DNA of 63,317 nt, filler included, from Rhabdomonas costata (lineage: Eukaryota): assembly GCA_019059605.1 (NCBI GenBank). It is 17 parts of 17 records of this genome, joined end to end, with 100 filler letters (N's around TTAATTAATTAA, not from the genome) between each part and the next. Parts side by side here need not be neighbours in the genome. Positions count along the whole stretch, not along the records: positions 22,423 to 26,053 come from JAHMHO010000656.1; positions 26,154 to 29,784 come from JAHMHO010000657.1; positions 29,885 to 33,504 come from JAHMHO010000658.1; positions 33,605 to 37,224 come from JAHMHO010000659.1; 13 more parts are not named here. One strand, 5' to 3'. Shown here in pieces: positions 22,676 through 34,258 of this stretch. Position numbers and translations under genes: made by a program. Numbering within the stretch: position 1 is the stretch's first letter; every line of letters starts with the position of its first letter. The notes below the pieces were generated by a model that was not told where the DNA came from, ran no database searches, and saw nothing but the letters and a program-made list of their open reading frames with translations.

Positions 22676-24736
22676 ATGTCGGACCCCAATCACTGCTGTT
22701 GCGATGCGCTAGTTAAGTTCAGAGACTGGCTAGTGCGACCGTTTTTTTGCGACACGGTGAAGAAGGGGCCCAAGCCAGCCTCCGCGGCTACTTTGGCTGC
22801 AAACGCTGAGGTGAAAGTACAGCTCGATTTCAGCAACAAGCAGGACTTCGAGGATGCCACCCGAGGGCTGATCGCTGCCTTACCCAACAACGGAGTGATC
22901 ACGAACGACTCTGGACAACGCGTTTGGGATTTGACGAAGTTCTCTTTTGTTGACAAGCCCGAGCAGGCCCCGGATACCGTCAACCCAAGTTTGTGGCGCC
23001 AGTCCTGCCTGGTTATGTACAATGGGCTTTTCAAGGTGACCGAGCGGCTCTACCAGGTTCGCAATGCTGACCTCTCCAACATGACTATTTACGAAGGTGA
23101 AACTGGGATCATCGTCGCCGATCCGCTCATTTCCGCCGAAACGGCCAAGGCCGCCCTGGAGCTTTACTACACCTACCGCCCGCGCACACCTGTGAAAGCG
23201 GTCATCTACTCTCACAGCCACGTCGACCATTACGGCGGAGTCAAGGGGGTGGTCACTGAAGAGGACGTGAAGGCCGGGAAGGCTGAAATCATCGCTCCCG
23301 TAGGGTTCATGGAGCACGCGACCTCAGAAAACCTCTACGCTGGCACAATTATGAATCGCCGGGCTCTCTTCATGTACGGCAACGTGCTACCACGATCCCC
23401 GTCCCAGTGCGTTGGCGCCGGTCTGGGTCTCACATGCTCAGTTGGATTGGGGACACTAATCAGCCCCACTGTAAATATTAAGCCCACCGATGACCTCGCC
23501 CAAAACACGGTCATAACCCGCGTTATTGATGGGCTGACATTCGAATTCATGCTCGCTCCTGATACAGAGGCTCCTGCAGAAATGCACTGGTTCGTGAAGG
23601 AGCTCAAGGCTCTCACCGCAGCCGAAAATTGTGTCCACACGCTGCACAATACCTATACGCTGCGCGGTGCAAAGATTCGCGATCCCTTGGCGTGGTCGAA
23701 GTGCCTGGATGACACGTTGACGCGCTGGGGTGACGAGGCTGAAGTCTTGTACGGAATGCATCACTGGCCAGTTTGGGGAGAGGCTGTTCGCGAAAATTTG
23801 AGCCTGGGCCGAGATGCGTATCGGTTCATCAACGACCAGACCCTGCGCTTGGCCAATCTGGGATACGGGCCGGACGACATCGCCAACATGCTGGTCTTCC
23901 CCGAGAAGATTCGCAAGTGCTGGGCTTTGCGTGGTTACTACGGCACCCTATACCACAACGTCAAGGCTACGTACGTCCGGTATCTTGGCTGGTTCAATGG
24001 TAACCCCGCCCTACTGCATGTGCTGCCACCTGTTGAAGCCGCCAAGAATTATGTCGCGTATATGGGCGGGGCGGAGACTGTTCTCCGGAAGGCGAAGGAA
24101 GACTACGACAAAGGGAATTACCAGTGGGTCGCCGAAGTTGCCAGCCGGGTTGTCTTTGCCGACCCGTCGAACCAGGCAGCCTGCGAGCTGGAGGCGGACG
24201 CTCTGGAGCAGATGGGCTATCAGGCAGAGTCCGCGCCTTGGCGCAATTTCTACCTCAGCGGCGCGCAAGAGCTGCGCGAGGGGGTCCACCTGGTCCCCCA
24301 CCAACACAACGCGGATATGATCCATGCCATTTCAACCGCCAGTTTCTTGGATTACGTGGCCATCCGCCTCAACGCTGTGAAAGCTGGTACTATCAAGATG
24401 GTCCTCAACCTGGTTTTCCCAGACACCCTGGAGGACGACAAAATCCATTTGCTGACCCTAACCAATGGTGCTCTCAACCACAGAACCACCAGTCACAAGG
24501 CCGGGGTCTCCGACGCCACGCTGACGTTCACAAACAACAGCACAGGCGTTCAAGGAACGGATGTATTCAAAGCCGTCGCCAGCGGGAAGATGAAGGAGGA
24601 AGACGCGATTCAGGCTGGTGTTCTGGTGGTTGAAGGCGATCCGAAGGCTCTGCCGCAGCTGCTTTCTGTTCTGGACGAGTTCACGGGCGACTTCCCATTG
24701 CTGAAGCCGCTAGATATCCAGCTAGCATCAAAGTAG
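22676..24736 (+). CDS. Alkyl/aryl sulfatase, metallo-beta-lactamase fold (SdsA1/YjcS/BDS1 family), 686 aa, intronless
   Basis: VNPSLWRQ, YSHSHVDHYGG (HxHxDH), EAPAEM, AENCVHTLHNTYTLRGAKIRD, HHWPVWG, RGYYGT, AESAPWRNFYLSGAQELR; C-terminal SCP2-like region; first ATG at 22676. Confidence 0.96.
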   Translation: MSDPNHCCCDALVKFRDWLVRPFFCDTVKKGPKPASAATLAANAEVKVQLDFSNKQDFEDATRGLIAALPNNGVITNDSGQRVWDLTKFSFVDKPEQAPDTVNPSLWRQSCLVMYNGLFKVTERLYQVRNADLSNMTIYEGETGIIVADPLISAETAKAALELYYTYRPRTPVKAVIYSHSHVDHYGGVKGVVTEEDVKAGKAEIIAPVGFMEHATSENLYAGTIMNRRALFMYGNVLPRSPSQCVGAGLGLTCSVGLGTLISPTVNIKPTDDLAQNTVITRVIDGLTFEFMLAPDTEAPAEMHWFVKELKALTAAENCVHTLHNTYTLRGAKIRDPLAWSKCLDDTLTRWGDEAEVLYGMHHWPVWGEAVRENLSLGRDAYRFINDQTLRLANLGYGPDDIANMLVFPEKIRKCWALRGYYGTLYHNVKATYVRYLGWFNGNPALLHVLPPVEAAKNYVAYMGGAETVLRKAKEDYDKGNYQWVAEVASRVVFADPSNQAACELEADALEQMGYQAESAPWRNFYLSGAQELREGVHLVPHQHNADMIHAISTASFLDYVAIRLNAVKAGTIKMVLNLVFPDTLEDDKIHLLTLTNGALNHRTTSHKAGVSDATLTFTNNSTGVQGTDVFKAVASGKMKEEDAIQAGVLVVEGDPKALPQLLSVLDEFTGDFPLLKPLDIQLASK

Positions 24737-25658
24737 CGGTTCCGAGTTCCGCTGCGCTGCGGTTATATACTCCGGGGCATCCCTGAAGATCTTCCTGCCA
24801 ATGAAGAATTAATGTATCCTTATTTGTTGCGGGGTTTGTTGGTGTTTTTTCTTTCTTTTTTTTATGCTCTCGCTTAAAGTCGAGGGAGGGGAGGCTATAT
24901 CTCTTCTCTTTGCACTCATTCTAGCTCATTTTTCTGTGGGACAAATTTTCCCATTTTCTCTGTTTACTCTTCTGAAGTCGGTTGAACCGTTACCGCATGT
25001 GTCTGTGTCTTTGGGCCCCATTTTTTCCGACCGGCCTTGATCAACCCTGGTAGATTCATTGGTTAAGTTCGTGCAAATGATTACCGGCCCCTTTTTGTTG
25101 TTGGTGTAACATTGCCCGTTCTCGCCACTTCGTATATCCCCGACATTTTTCTGGAATATGTCTGAAATGTCAACTTTAGAACCATTTCAGTATGGAAAAC
25201 AAGCACGAACCGAATCAGCGGATTTAACTTCCTTCATAGACGCTCTGATTCTTTTTTTTTTGCTTGCTGCGCAATGAAACCACCTTGCCTTGGCAATGTC
25301 AGTGTGGCAGTGTCTCGTAGCCATGGACAATTTGGGCCTGACCTCAAGTCTTGCTGCTTCAGAATTGCTGCAGCGCCAGCTGTGGTATCCCTCCCCCTCC
25401 ACTTGCTGTGTACTCAACCCGCACCCTTTTCTCTGAGCTCATTTATTTGACCGATAGCTCCCCACTCGTTTTGGCCGATAGTTTTTGTTGGTTTCTATAA
25501 TTACTCAGACTGGACTCCTTTTATGCTGGACACCTTGTCCTATCCGTCCTTGCCCTTAGCCACAACCAATAATATCAGTTCAGTAGAAAAGAACAAAGTG
25601 TAACTCAAGAAGCAAGCTCGTGTTCCAGCCCTTGGGTGATGAAAAATCAACCTCGTTG

Positions 25659-26053
25659 ATGACTCGGCTTCCCATACCGTACCTTTCTGAATGCAGAAGC
25701 CAGTTCACAAGCCGTGTACCCGGTGTCGGCCCTTCCACTTCCGGACGGCAACAAGGAGCTCCTTCCGAGCGGTCAGCGCCCCCTCCCCCTCTTCTTGATT
25801 ATGCGTCCAAGCCATTAAGCCATTTTTCTCACATCTTGAACCGTTTGCATTCTTTTTGTCTTTTCTTTTTGTAGTTTCCTTGCTTTAGCAACGAGTTCGT
25901 CTTCAAAAAAAAACAGAAACAAGAGGCTGCCGTACGCGAGCAGCAGCGCCAGGCGTTGGCCGAGGTGCTCACTTTCCGCCCGCGGATCAATGCGCGCTCC
26001 CAAATGCTGCGCAGCAGGGCCATTCGGCCGTCTCAGATCTCAGCCCCTCCTTT
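25659..26053 (+). CDS. Spliced fragment of an uncharacterised protein with a TFxPxIN motif (exon ending 25771, exon 25889->)
   Basis: SER|NEFVFKKKQKQEAAVREQQRQALAEVLTFRPRINARSQML across a phase-2 GT-AG intron. Confidence 0.5.
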
Positions 26054-29000
26054 NNNNNNNNNNNNNNNNNNNNNNNNNNNNNNNNNNNNNNNNNNNNTTA
26101 ATTAATTAANNNNNNNNNNNNNNNNNNNNNNNNNNNNNNNNNNNNNNNNNNNNGGGTTGTTTGCGCATCAACGTTGGGAGTGCCAAGTGCTTATGGTGCT
26201 ACCGGTAGCAGTTATGCGTCACTGTCCCTGCAGTGTGTTGGAAGCTTCAACATCAACGGTGATGGATTCTGGCAATAGGGGTGATGGAATGAATCGCACC
26301 ATCACCGTTACCTGCTGCCTCAACTCCATAGGTTGGATGTTGGGACTCATTCTAACGTGACTGGTGGGTCCCTGAGTCGCTGCTCGATCACTACACGCTA
26401 GGTTGGTTGTTTCATATCCTACACTCTGTTTGAGTTTGTTACAACTGTGTGGGTTGGGGTCACGACTCCCACTAACGACTGCTCGTGGTTACGATAGTCA
26501 GACAGTAGCGGTGATCTACACGCAAGTAATGGTACTACATGTACACCGCAGCGTTACCCTAAGTGATGTACCAGCACTACCCAACTGTGTGGCTATGACA
26601 GCAGGGCCCATCGAGGGCTAATTTTCTGTTCTTCGGAAAACTTTTCATTCCACACACCACCCTGGCCAAATATTCGAGAAAACAACAAGGCTTACCACTC
26701 AGGACTCTTCCCTTGGCCTTTCACTTTGTGTTTTGTGTTTTGAGGCAGGATTTGTGGAACAAAGGTCAAGTATTTTGCCAATCATCCATTTGTGTGCTGA
26801 AAACCTTGTGCTATTCTCTTATTTCCTCTTCACGTGTGTCTTTCGGGTTTTTCTTTTGCTGAATCATTTTTTATTTGAGAAATACTCTCTGTTCACCCGG
26901 CTTCCGAGTATATCGACAATGAGAGCATGCACTTGCATCATTCTATGCCATTTTGCGTGCGTGGTGCCGTTACGTCCGCCATTTTTCCACTCGCGCCACA
27001 TGCCTTTCGCATTGTGTGCTCGTTGTGCTTGTCCCTCATACCGGACAAGCAACTAGAGCCGAAAGATTTTCCAATTGATTTCACAAAATCCTTTCCAACA
27101 CCCAAGAAACGCCGATATTATCATTCGATCGCCGAGCTTGAATAAAAGAGCACTGGGTATGATTGTGGATTTTTGGCAAATCATAAAAGACAAAAAACAA
27201 AACACTCCCTCCAATTTGATACCCTTTCAAAAGATATTTCATTACTGTAACGTTTTCGCGCAAGAGCGGCATCGTGGGGAATCTGAAGAGAGTTTGGATT
27301 CGGGTGCAGATTCAATCTGTGCCATCGCTAGCCTTCTATACCACTGATTTGCGTCTTTTCTATTGTAGTCTTTTATTCTAGAAAGTAACCTAACACCAAA
27401 TAAACTTGTTTTGTTCTTGTTTTTTCCACTTGCTTTTGCTTTTGATAAGTCGAAAAAGTTGATGGCGTGCAAAAGGTTGATGACACAAACCAGGCGAAAT
27501 AGGATCTAATCCAACCCAACAAGCTCACTCCAAACCATAGTCTACCACAGACCCGTCAAACTCTAATAATTCCACGCCCAAATTGCGTCTAGGAGACGAT
27601 ATTTGACACACGCAACACATGAAAAAGTGTCGGGTTGTCGGTGTGCCGTGTTTGTGTTTGTGTTTGTGTTGGCTGTGTAAGTAGCATTTGGGATGTTGTG
27701 TGTGGTTAACTGCTGCAGCTTTACAAGTACTGAACTACTTAATGAACAAGTGTATGTTACATGTAAGTGCATGTGACAGGTTCTCGTGCATGTGTGGTTT
27801 GTGTCACTGAATAAGATACCTGACAAGGCAGAATTGGGAGTGTCACTTGATTGATACACAGATTGACAAATTTGGTATAGTCACATCAACAATATTGTGA
27901 GTGGCTATAAGACCTTTATGTAGTCTGCCGTGAGAACGTGACCGTCATTGATCTGAACACGTGTAACCAAACCCACAACTAGAACGCTTGTTATGGTACA
28001 ACAGAACCGATCTATGTAGCATGCGCCACATGACACAGTAGGTTATAGCAGTTTGCTATGACTCATATTCATTGCCATTGGAACCAGATCATATTAGTGC
28101 ATAGCAAAACGATATGCGTAGTTACAATAGTAGTTATACGTGTGTACGTTGGTGTAATGGTTCTGTGTCAAGGCGTTACTCACAGCATAGGGCGCTGTAC
28201 ACTGAACCACTATGTGTTTTATAGTGTCATGTCAGTATTCTTGTGGTAAGGTAAACCATGCGCCATCGAATCTATAGTGGTGATATTGGCGTAAAAAACA
28301 TGTCAATTAATGTTATGTGTGGTGGTGCTGTGTTTTTGGTCATGGCATAACTATCGTGGTTGTGTGGACGTACTAAAACGTTTTAACTAAGCTCAAATCT
28401 ATTGATGCCCTATATATCACCTCTCATATCTCCTCTGGTATGTTCCACTAACTGTCAACTACCCATCTTCAGCTGTCGCAAAATCTCTCCCAACATCTTT
28501 GCAACTTGTGGTTGTATATGGTCTTCGATGATCGAGTGACATGCTTCACTCACTGCCTAGTCTCTGGAAGTTTGGATGAACAGTTCTTTAGAAAAACGCT
28601 TCCTCCTCAAAACCTCATTAATCAACCCCTCGATATTCTCCAGTTTTGAAATCACAACCGATCACTCTATCTGATCAACAACCATGGCCATGGCGTAATC
28701 ATCCAACACTGATGGAATGATTCTCAGTGTCTGTAACTGTGTAGATAACTGGACACCCCTGCTCCACTTATTTAACTCCTCCATAGCCTTGGCCATATCA
28801 ACCCCTCCATGTTAAGGAATAAACACTAGATTCGTGATCTATGCATTTTTCTGCCATTGCACTGATTTGAAATCCAATGCACTGAATTAATCCACCTCGT
28901 CGTTTTATCTATCACTTCCGAGCATCTACTATTCAGTCGCCATGCAGTTTCTTCTCGCACCTTCTCTAAATCTGTGGAAGACTTATTAGAGCACTGTACA

Positions 29001-29884
29001 CAAGCCTCATACAGATTGTATAGATTGTCCCTCACAAGCGCATTCATACATGCCAAGTAACGGTTCTCTTCAGGTGTCTAAGTAGTCTTATTAATCTCCT
29101 AAACTCTAATTACAGTAGCTGAAGTCAGTCACAATCCACAAACACTCTGGAAACCAATCCTTTAGTCACACTCTCACACACACAGCTATGAAAGTAGGGA
29201 TGAAACTGAAACGTTTTCTCGGAGAAACTCAAAGAACAACTGTGACACCTCTATCGAGTCACGAGCTGAATCCGGAAGGAGCTACTCTTCGTAAAATTGA
29301 AAAAGTGTTACTTCGCTCAACAGGAAATCGACTTCGTTGGCAACATCTTCCTTGGTGGTGGCATCCTACCAGTCACTGATAAACTGCTGTCAATCTCGTA
29401 ATATCAAACCCCACGAAACGTCTAGTAGATGAAGTCAACAAGTGGAGACATTACATCCATGATGTATTCACAGACAAAACTTGTCTTCGCTTCACGCAAA
29501 CGATGTAAAATCCGATCCCTCGTCAGATTTGATGATTGCACAGACTTCAGGAATTCAACGCGAAAACCGCTTCCGTCCATTAAGTTTTTCTGTACTTCAC
29601 GAGCAGCAGGAAACTGGATGTTGTGAGACCACGTAATGGTTAATGATTCGATGCTTTGTTGGACAGGCAATGATACTGCTTGAAGATTACTTTTTTGCTA
29701 CAAGTACTAACGAGCTCCACAACGACAAGCGAAAGCATTAAAAGTATGGTATGTTGTAGGCAAATGACAGGATATTGGTACCAANNNNNNNNNNNNNNNN
29801 NNNNNNNNNNNNNNNNNNNNNNNNNNNNTTAATTAATTAANNNNNNNNNNNNNNNNNNNNNNNNNNNNNNNNNNNNNNNNNNNN

Positions 29885-31271
29885 GTGTTGGGGTGTTTGG
29901 GGTGGTGGGTGGTGACAGCCCACAGGGGCGGTATGGCTGACCCGCGGGAGGGCCATCGTCTACGTCCGAGCCCACCCCCTGCAGCCAGGGGTGTGCCAGA
30001 GCGGCCTCCGCCGTTAGGCGCTGGGAGGGATCCCAGGCAAGAAACCGCGCAGCAAAAGCAAACAACCCCTTTGTTTTAGAGGAGTTGAAGGCAGGGATGG
30101 AGGGACAGTTTATGGCGTAGTGCGTTTCGGCGGAGAAAGGCACTCACAAGCCCGAGAAATGAGGACCATGGACATCAGGTCAGTCATTTTAAAACCTTCA
30201 ACTTCTGCCAATAGGCTTTCTGACAATTATTTATGACGCTGATCTGTTTCATAACCTCCAGATTCCGGTGCTTGACACATAGAGATGCGCCAAAAATATT
30301 CGGGTTAGGCGCCGAGTCCGTTTTTCAGGACAGAAGCTGCCCCAAAAAAGTTCATCCTATTGGGAACACAGAGTAAACTCACTCACAGTGTAGATCCCGA
30401 ACCTGAGCTCTGTCCTGGTGACAAAAGCCTCCGTTGCGGAGGTGACCTACGTTACCCACTTTTGATTTCGGAACTTTTTGGACGGGGTAAGTTAGGGATG
30501 TACCTAACACTATTTCCAGTTATCCTGTCATACCCTTTATAATGCCAGAAACCAGAAAGGAAGGGATGGGTGCAGAAAACGGGGCGGGTTTGAGGCAAGG
30601 GTCGGGGTGCCTTGTCCTCTGCCGCAGAAGGGTCACAGCGCTCAGCGAAGAAGGAGCACAGCCCGGGGTACTCGCTGCGGTTCACCTGGAAGTTCCGCCG
30701 CAGCTCCTCCGCCCCTCCCGCAGCGGTGAGGGGCTGCACGAGGTCCCCGCGGAACGGCGACCTCTGCGCCATTGCCACTGGAGGGGCTTCCCCGAGGACC
30801 TAGGTACCCCCCCACACACACACACACACCATAACCTGCTCATTCATTGTGGTCCAATCAAAAAGAGATTGCCTTCCGAGCGAGTGTCGAAAACTCCCGA
30901 GGTTTGAACGGGGTTACCGCCCGCGAAATTCTTGAGAGAAACAAGTCGGGACTTTCGGTGTCGACAACGGGGTCATGGGTACAGAAGACACAACATTCCT
31001 ACCAGAATAACGTAGAGCAAGCGACCGTTCGTTCTAGTGCTTCCGAGTGTGGTTAGAGTTAGAGGCACTGTCCATGCAGGGCAAGTTGGCAGCGGTTCCA
31101 GGCACCTTCGCGATGCGCTGGATGCGGTGGGGCCAGTCCTTCTTATACCCCGGCACGAAGACGTTCTTCCCGGTGTACAGAAACAGCAGCAGCGCCCCGA
31201 AGCTCCACATGTCTGATGCAGGGCCCCAGTCCCGGGTCACCAGGGACAGCTCCGGAGCGAAGTAGGGAGTC
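29885..31271 (-). CDS. Protein kinase C-lobe, CMGC-like (exons 31271-31106, 30799-30611, 30068-<29885)
   Basis: PYFAPE, DMWSFGALLLFLYTGK..F, FLAWDPSQRLTAEAALAHPWL (subdomains VIII-XI). Confidence 0.88.
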
Positions 31272-32284
31272 CTCGAACATACACCGCAAGAAACGCTCAT
31301 AAAAGCCCCCTCCAGACCTCTCGAAGGTGCGATGCAGTAGGGGTGAGGAAAGCATTTTTTGCAGTTTCAATACATTTCTTTGAAGTGAACAAAACAAACG
31401 ACCACCGCACACGTCCCTCTGATGTGCATCGATTTACAAAAGAACCCCTAATCTTCATGCTACTCTGAGCCACCTTTTGCAGCCACAGGTGGGGATTAGG
31501 GAAGTTGCGACAATGGCGACACTCCCGTCCGAAATGATGCTCCCAACGAACATGCCCGTGATTCTAAGACGGCATTCTGGCATGTAAGGGCAGTGTATCG
31601 ACCGAAAAATCAGAAAGGTGGAGCACTTGTTCCCGAGGAGGGGTTATTGCAGGGGGTTAGGGGGGATCCAGGCGAAAAATTGAGATACATATGAGTTCCG
31701 GGGACCATTTCGATGCTGCCGCACTGGATTCAATCTTTTATGTTTTAATAAATAAATAAACAATGACAAAACTCGAAATAAAAGGGGGCTTAAAATGGAC
31801 ATTAATTCTGTATCTCGTTACCCCCTTCACCCGCCGGTCAATGTTGGGCCCAAAAATGTGCAGGGCCGGGGGGGACATACTGCGGCCACATTTTCCATTC
31901 CAACATTAACCACATGGGGTTAGGGGGGTCAAATTATTAGTGAAAAATGCCCTAAAATGGCCCCAAAACGGGCAAAATGGCCCCAAAATAGGTCAAAAAC
32001 AGGCAGAAAAATGAGCCCAGTGTATGGCACAGGCGTCATTGTCGGTGGAAGTGGGGTATTTTCGAAACTCTTCATGGTAGCCAATCATTATCGGGAGAAA
32101 ACAGGACCTGGAAAGCCTTAGCAAGGGAGAGGGTGAATTATTGTCCATTTTTTCCGTAGCGATGGCCCCTTTTTAAATCGAGTTTTGTCTACTATTGAAG
32201 GTCATGTTCCGGGAGTGCTTGGGAGCTGGCTTCGTGCGTTGACGAGTGGGTCAGGTCAATTTGCACCGATGGGTTACCATAAGA

Positions 32285-32294
32285 TACGATGGAT

Positions 32295-32346
<52 letters not shown>

Positions 32347-32380
32347 CACGATACGATACGATACTTGACGTGACGTGACA
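32285..32380. repeat. Compound microsatellite (ACGAAC)n-(ACGAT)n-(ACGTG)n
   Basis: Direct tandem repeats. Confidence 0.9.
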
Positions 32381-32445
32381 TAACGTTTCCGCTTCAGAAC
32401 TAGCAAAAAAAAGGAAGAAAGAGAGCAACACCCCGAATGACACAC

Positions 32446-33500
32446 CTGATACGTCACAGCACTGGTTTTCCCAATGATTAGGTAGCCGGAAACATTGATG
32501 GCGACGGCAAGGTACCCTATAGTAGTGCCGCAAAAGGTGATGTAAATTCGTTCGAAACAGGCATCCAGCATCGCTCTCTCTCTCTCTGATTCCAAAACGC
32601 ACCGCAGGAGAACGAGGACACACCAGTAATGCAGACGAGAAGCAGCGACCGAGGAGTAAAGGAATAGGCCGCAAGCATGGAGAGCTCGTTAGAGATCACA
32701 GAAAACAGCAGCGCGGTCGCCGCGGTGAAAGGTGCCTCGTAGAACAGCAGCTGTAGAGCACCCACTTTAAGAGTGTTCTGGCAAAAGGGAAGCAAAGCAT
32801 TTCAAGGGAGCAAAAGGAGCAAAAGAACACAAAAATCTTCTTCCAAATTGAGTTGCAGACAGAATCAACCATTGATTGATTGATTGAAAGCTCTGCCAAA
32901 ACCTCCCCTTTTGATCGTGTTTCCCATCTCCGCTGAAGCAGCACAATAAACACCGTCACTCTCACAACACTACCACCACTTGACAGTGGTGTAATGATAA
33001 TGCTGCCGCGACCCCTTTTTCTCCAATTTACAGAGTTCCCTGAAGCAACGTCCCCGCCACAGCTGCCCCCGCTCCAGCAACCTCAGTCAACAGCACTCAC
33101 CCGCAAAACCCAAATCAACACACAGCTTACAATGAAAACAGTGAAAACCCTCTCAATTGAGCTGGCATCCTTTTTCGCAGGTCATGATTCCGAAAAAAAA
33201 AAGTTCAGTGCAGAATAAGACGGCCACAAACCGCACCTGCAATTGACGAATCCATTCACCGAGAACCTCACCCCACTGCAAAAGCAGCAGTGGATCAGCA
33301 CAAATAATTAATTAAACGCAACTACGTCTGGTGAAACAAGGTGCCTGGTTGGCAAAAAAGGCACTGAAGAACACGACAACCTGCAAGTGGTGGTTGTACA
33401 CTTGGTAGCAAGCCGTGGAAAGTGTGCAGAGGTTGCCGTACAGGAGTCCCTTCCAGCTGAACTGCAGCTCTGTCGCCGTGGATATCACCGAACCCACACC
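32446..33500 (-). CDS. Nucleotide-sugar/triose-phosphate transporter family (SLC35E-like), internal exons 33500-33381, 32777-32624, 32516-32446
   Basis: TELQFSWKGLLYG..STACYQVYNHHLQ|NTLKVGALQLLFYEAP..|GYLAVAINVSGYLIIGKTSAVTYQ. Confidence 0.85.
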
Positions 33501-34258
33501 CCCCNNNNNNNNNNNNNNNNNNNNNNNNNNNNNNNNNNNNNNNNNNNNTTAATTAATTAANNNNNNNNNNNNNNNNNNNNNNNNNNNNNNNNNNNNNNNN
33601 NNNNTTTTGTCGTGTCGTGTGAAGAAAACCGAGGTGTTAACGGAATTGAACTGATTCGGAAGATCAAATACTTCGTTGCATTCACTCTCTATGTGCGGCG
33701 TTCATTGGACCCGTACTGAAGAAGGCGTGCTGCTTCTGTCTTGAAGCTTCCGGTGGAAAGTTGGATGAAAAGGGCATGTACCTGTCCGTGCGGCAGGTTT
33801 TTCATATAGTTGTCAGGGGTCTCCGAGGATAGGGTGACTGACGGAATTTCAGATATTTTGGGCACGCCACTTCTGTTCGAGCAGCCAGATATCGCCAACG
33901 AATTCTCTGACCGTCAATGTCGGGTTCTCTCCTATGGAAAAAGCCTGTGGCGAAATCTCCGGGGCCACACCGAGCATTTTTTCGAGTCCAGCAAAATCGG
34001 TCCCTTGCTGATAATGTGCCCATGTTGAAAGCACTGAGGAGTTGCATTCCTATCATTTACTGGATCACTGGAGTCGTAGAAGGCCTTCCGTCTCTTTGGT
34101 CCGTTTCTCTCTTCCCGCGTTTTGCCCCGCGTGCAGTTCGTTTTTAGCTTTTTTTTTTGCTGAGATGTGAACCCCTCCCACCATCACCCCAGTAGGCCCC
34201 ACTCACACGCTGCTATTTTACGAGAAGGAAGTGATAAGCTGAGTGAGGAGGAGCGGTG

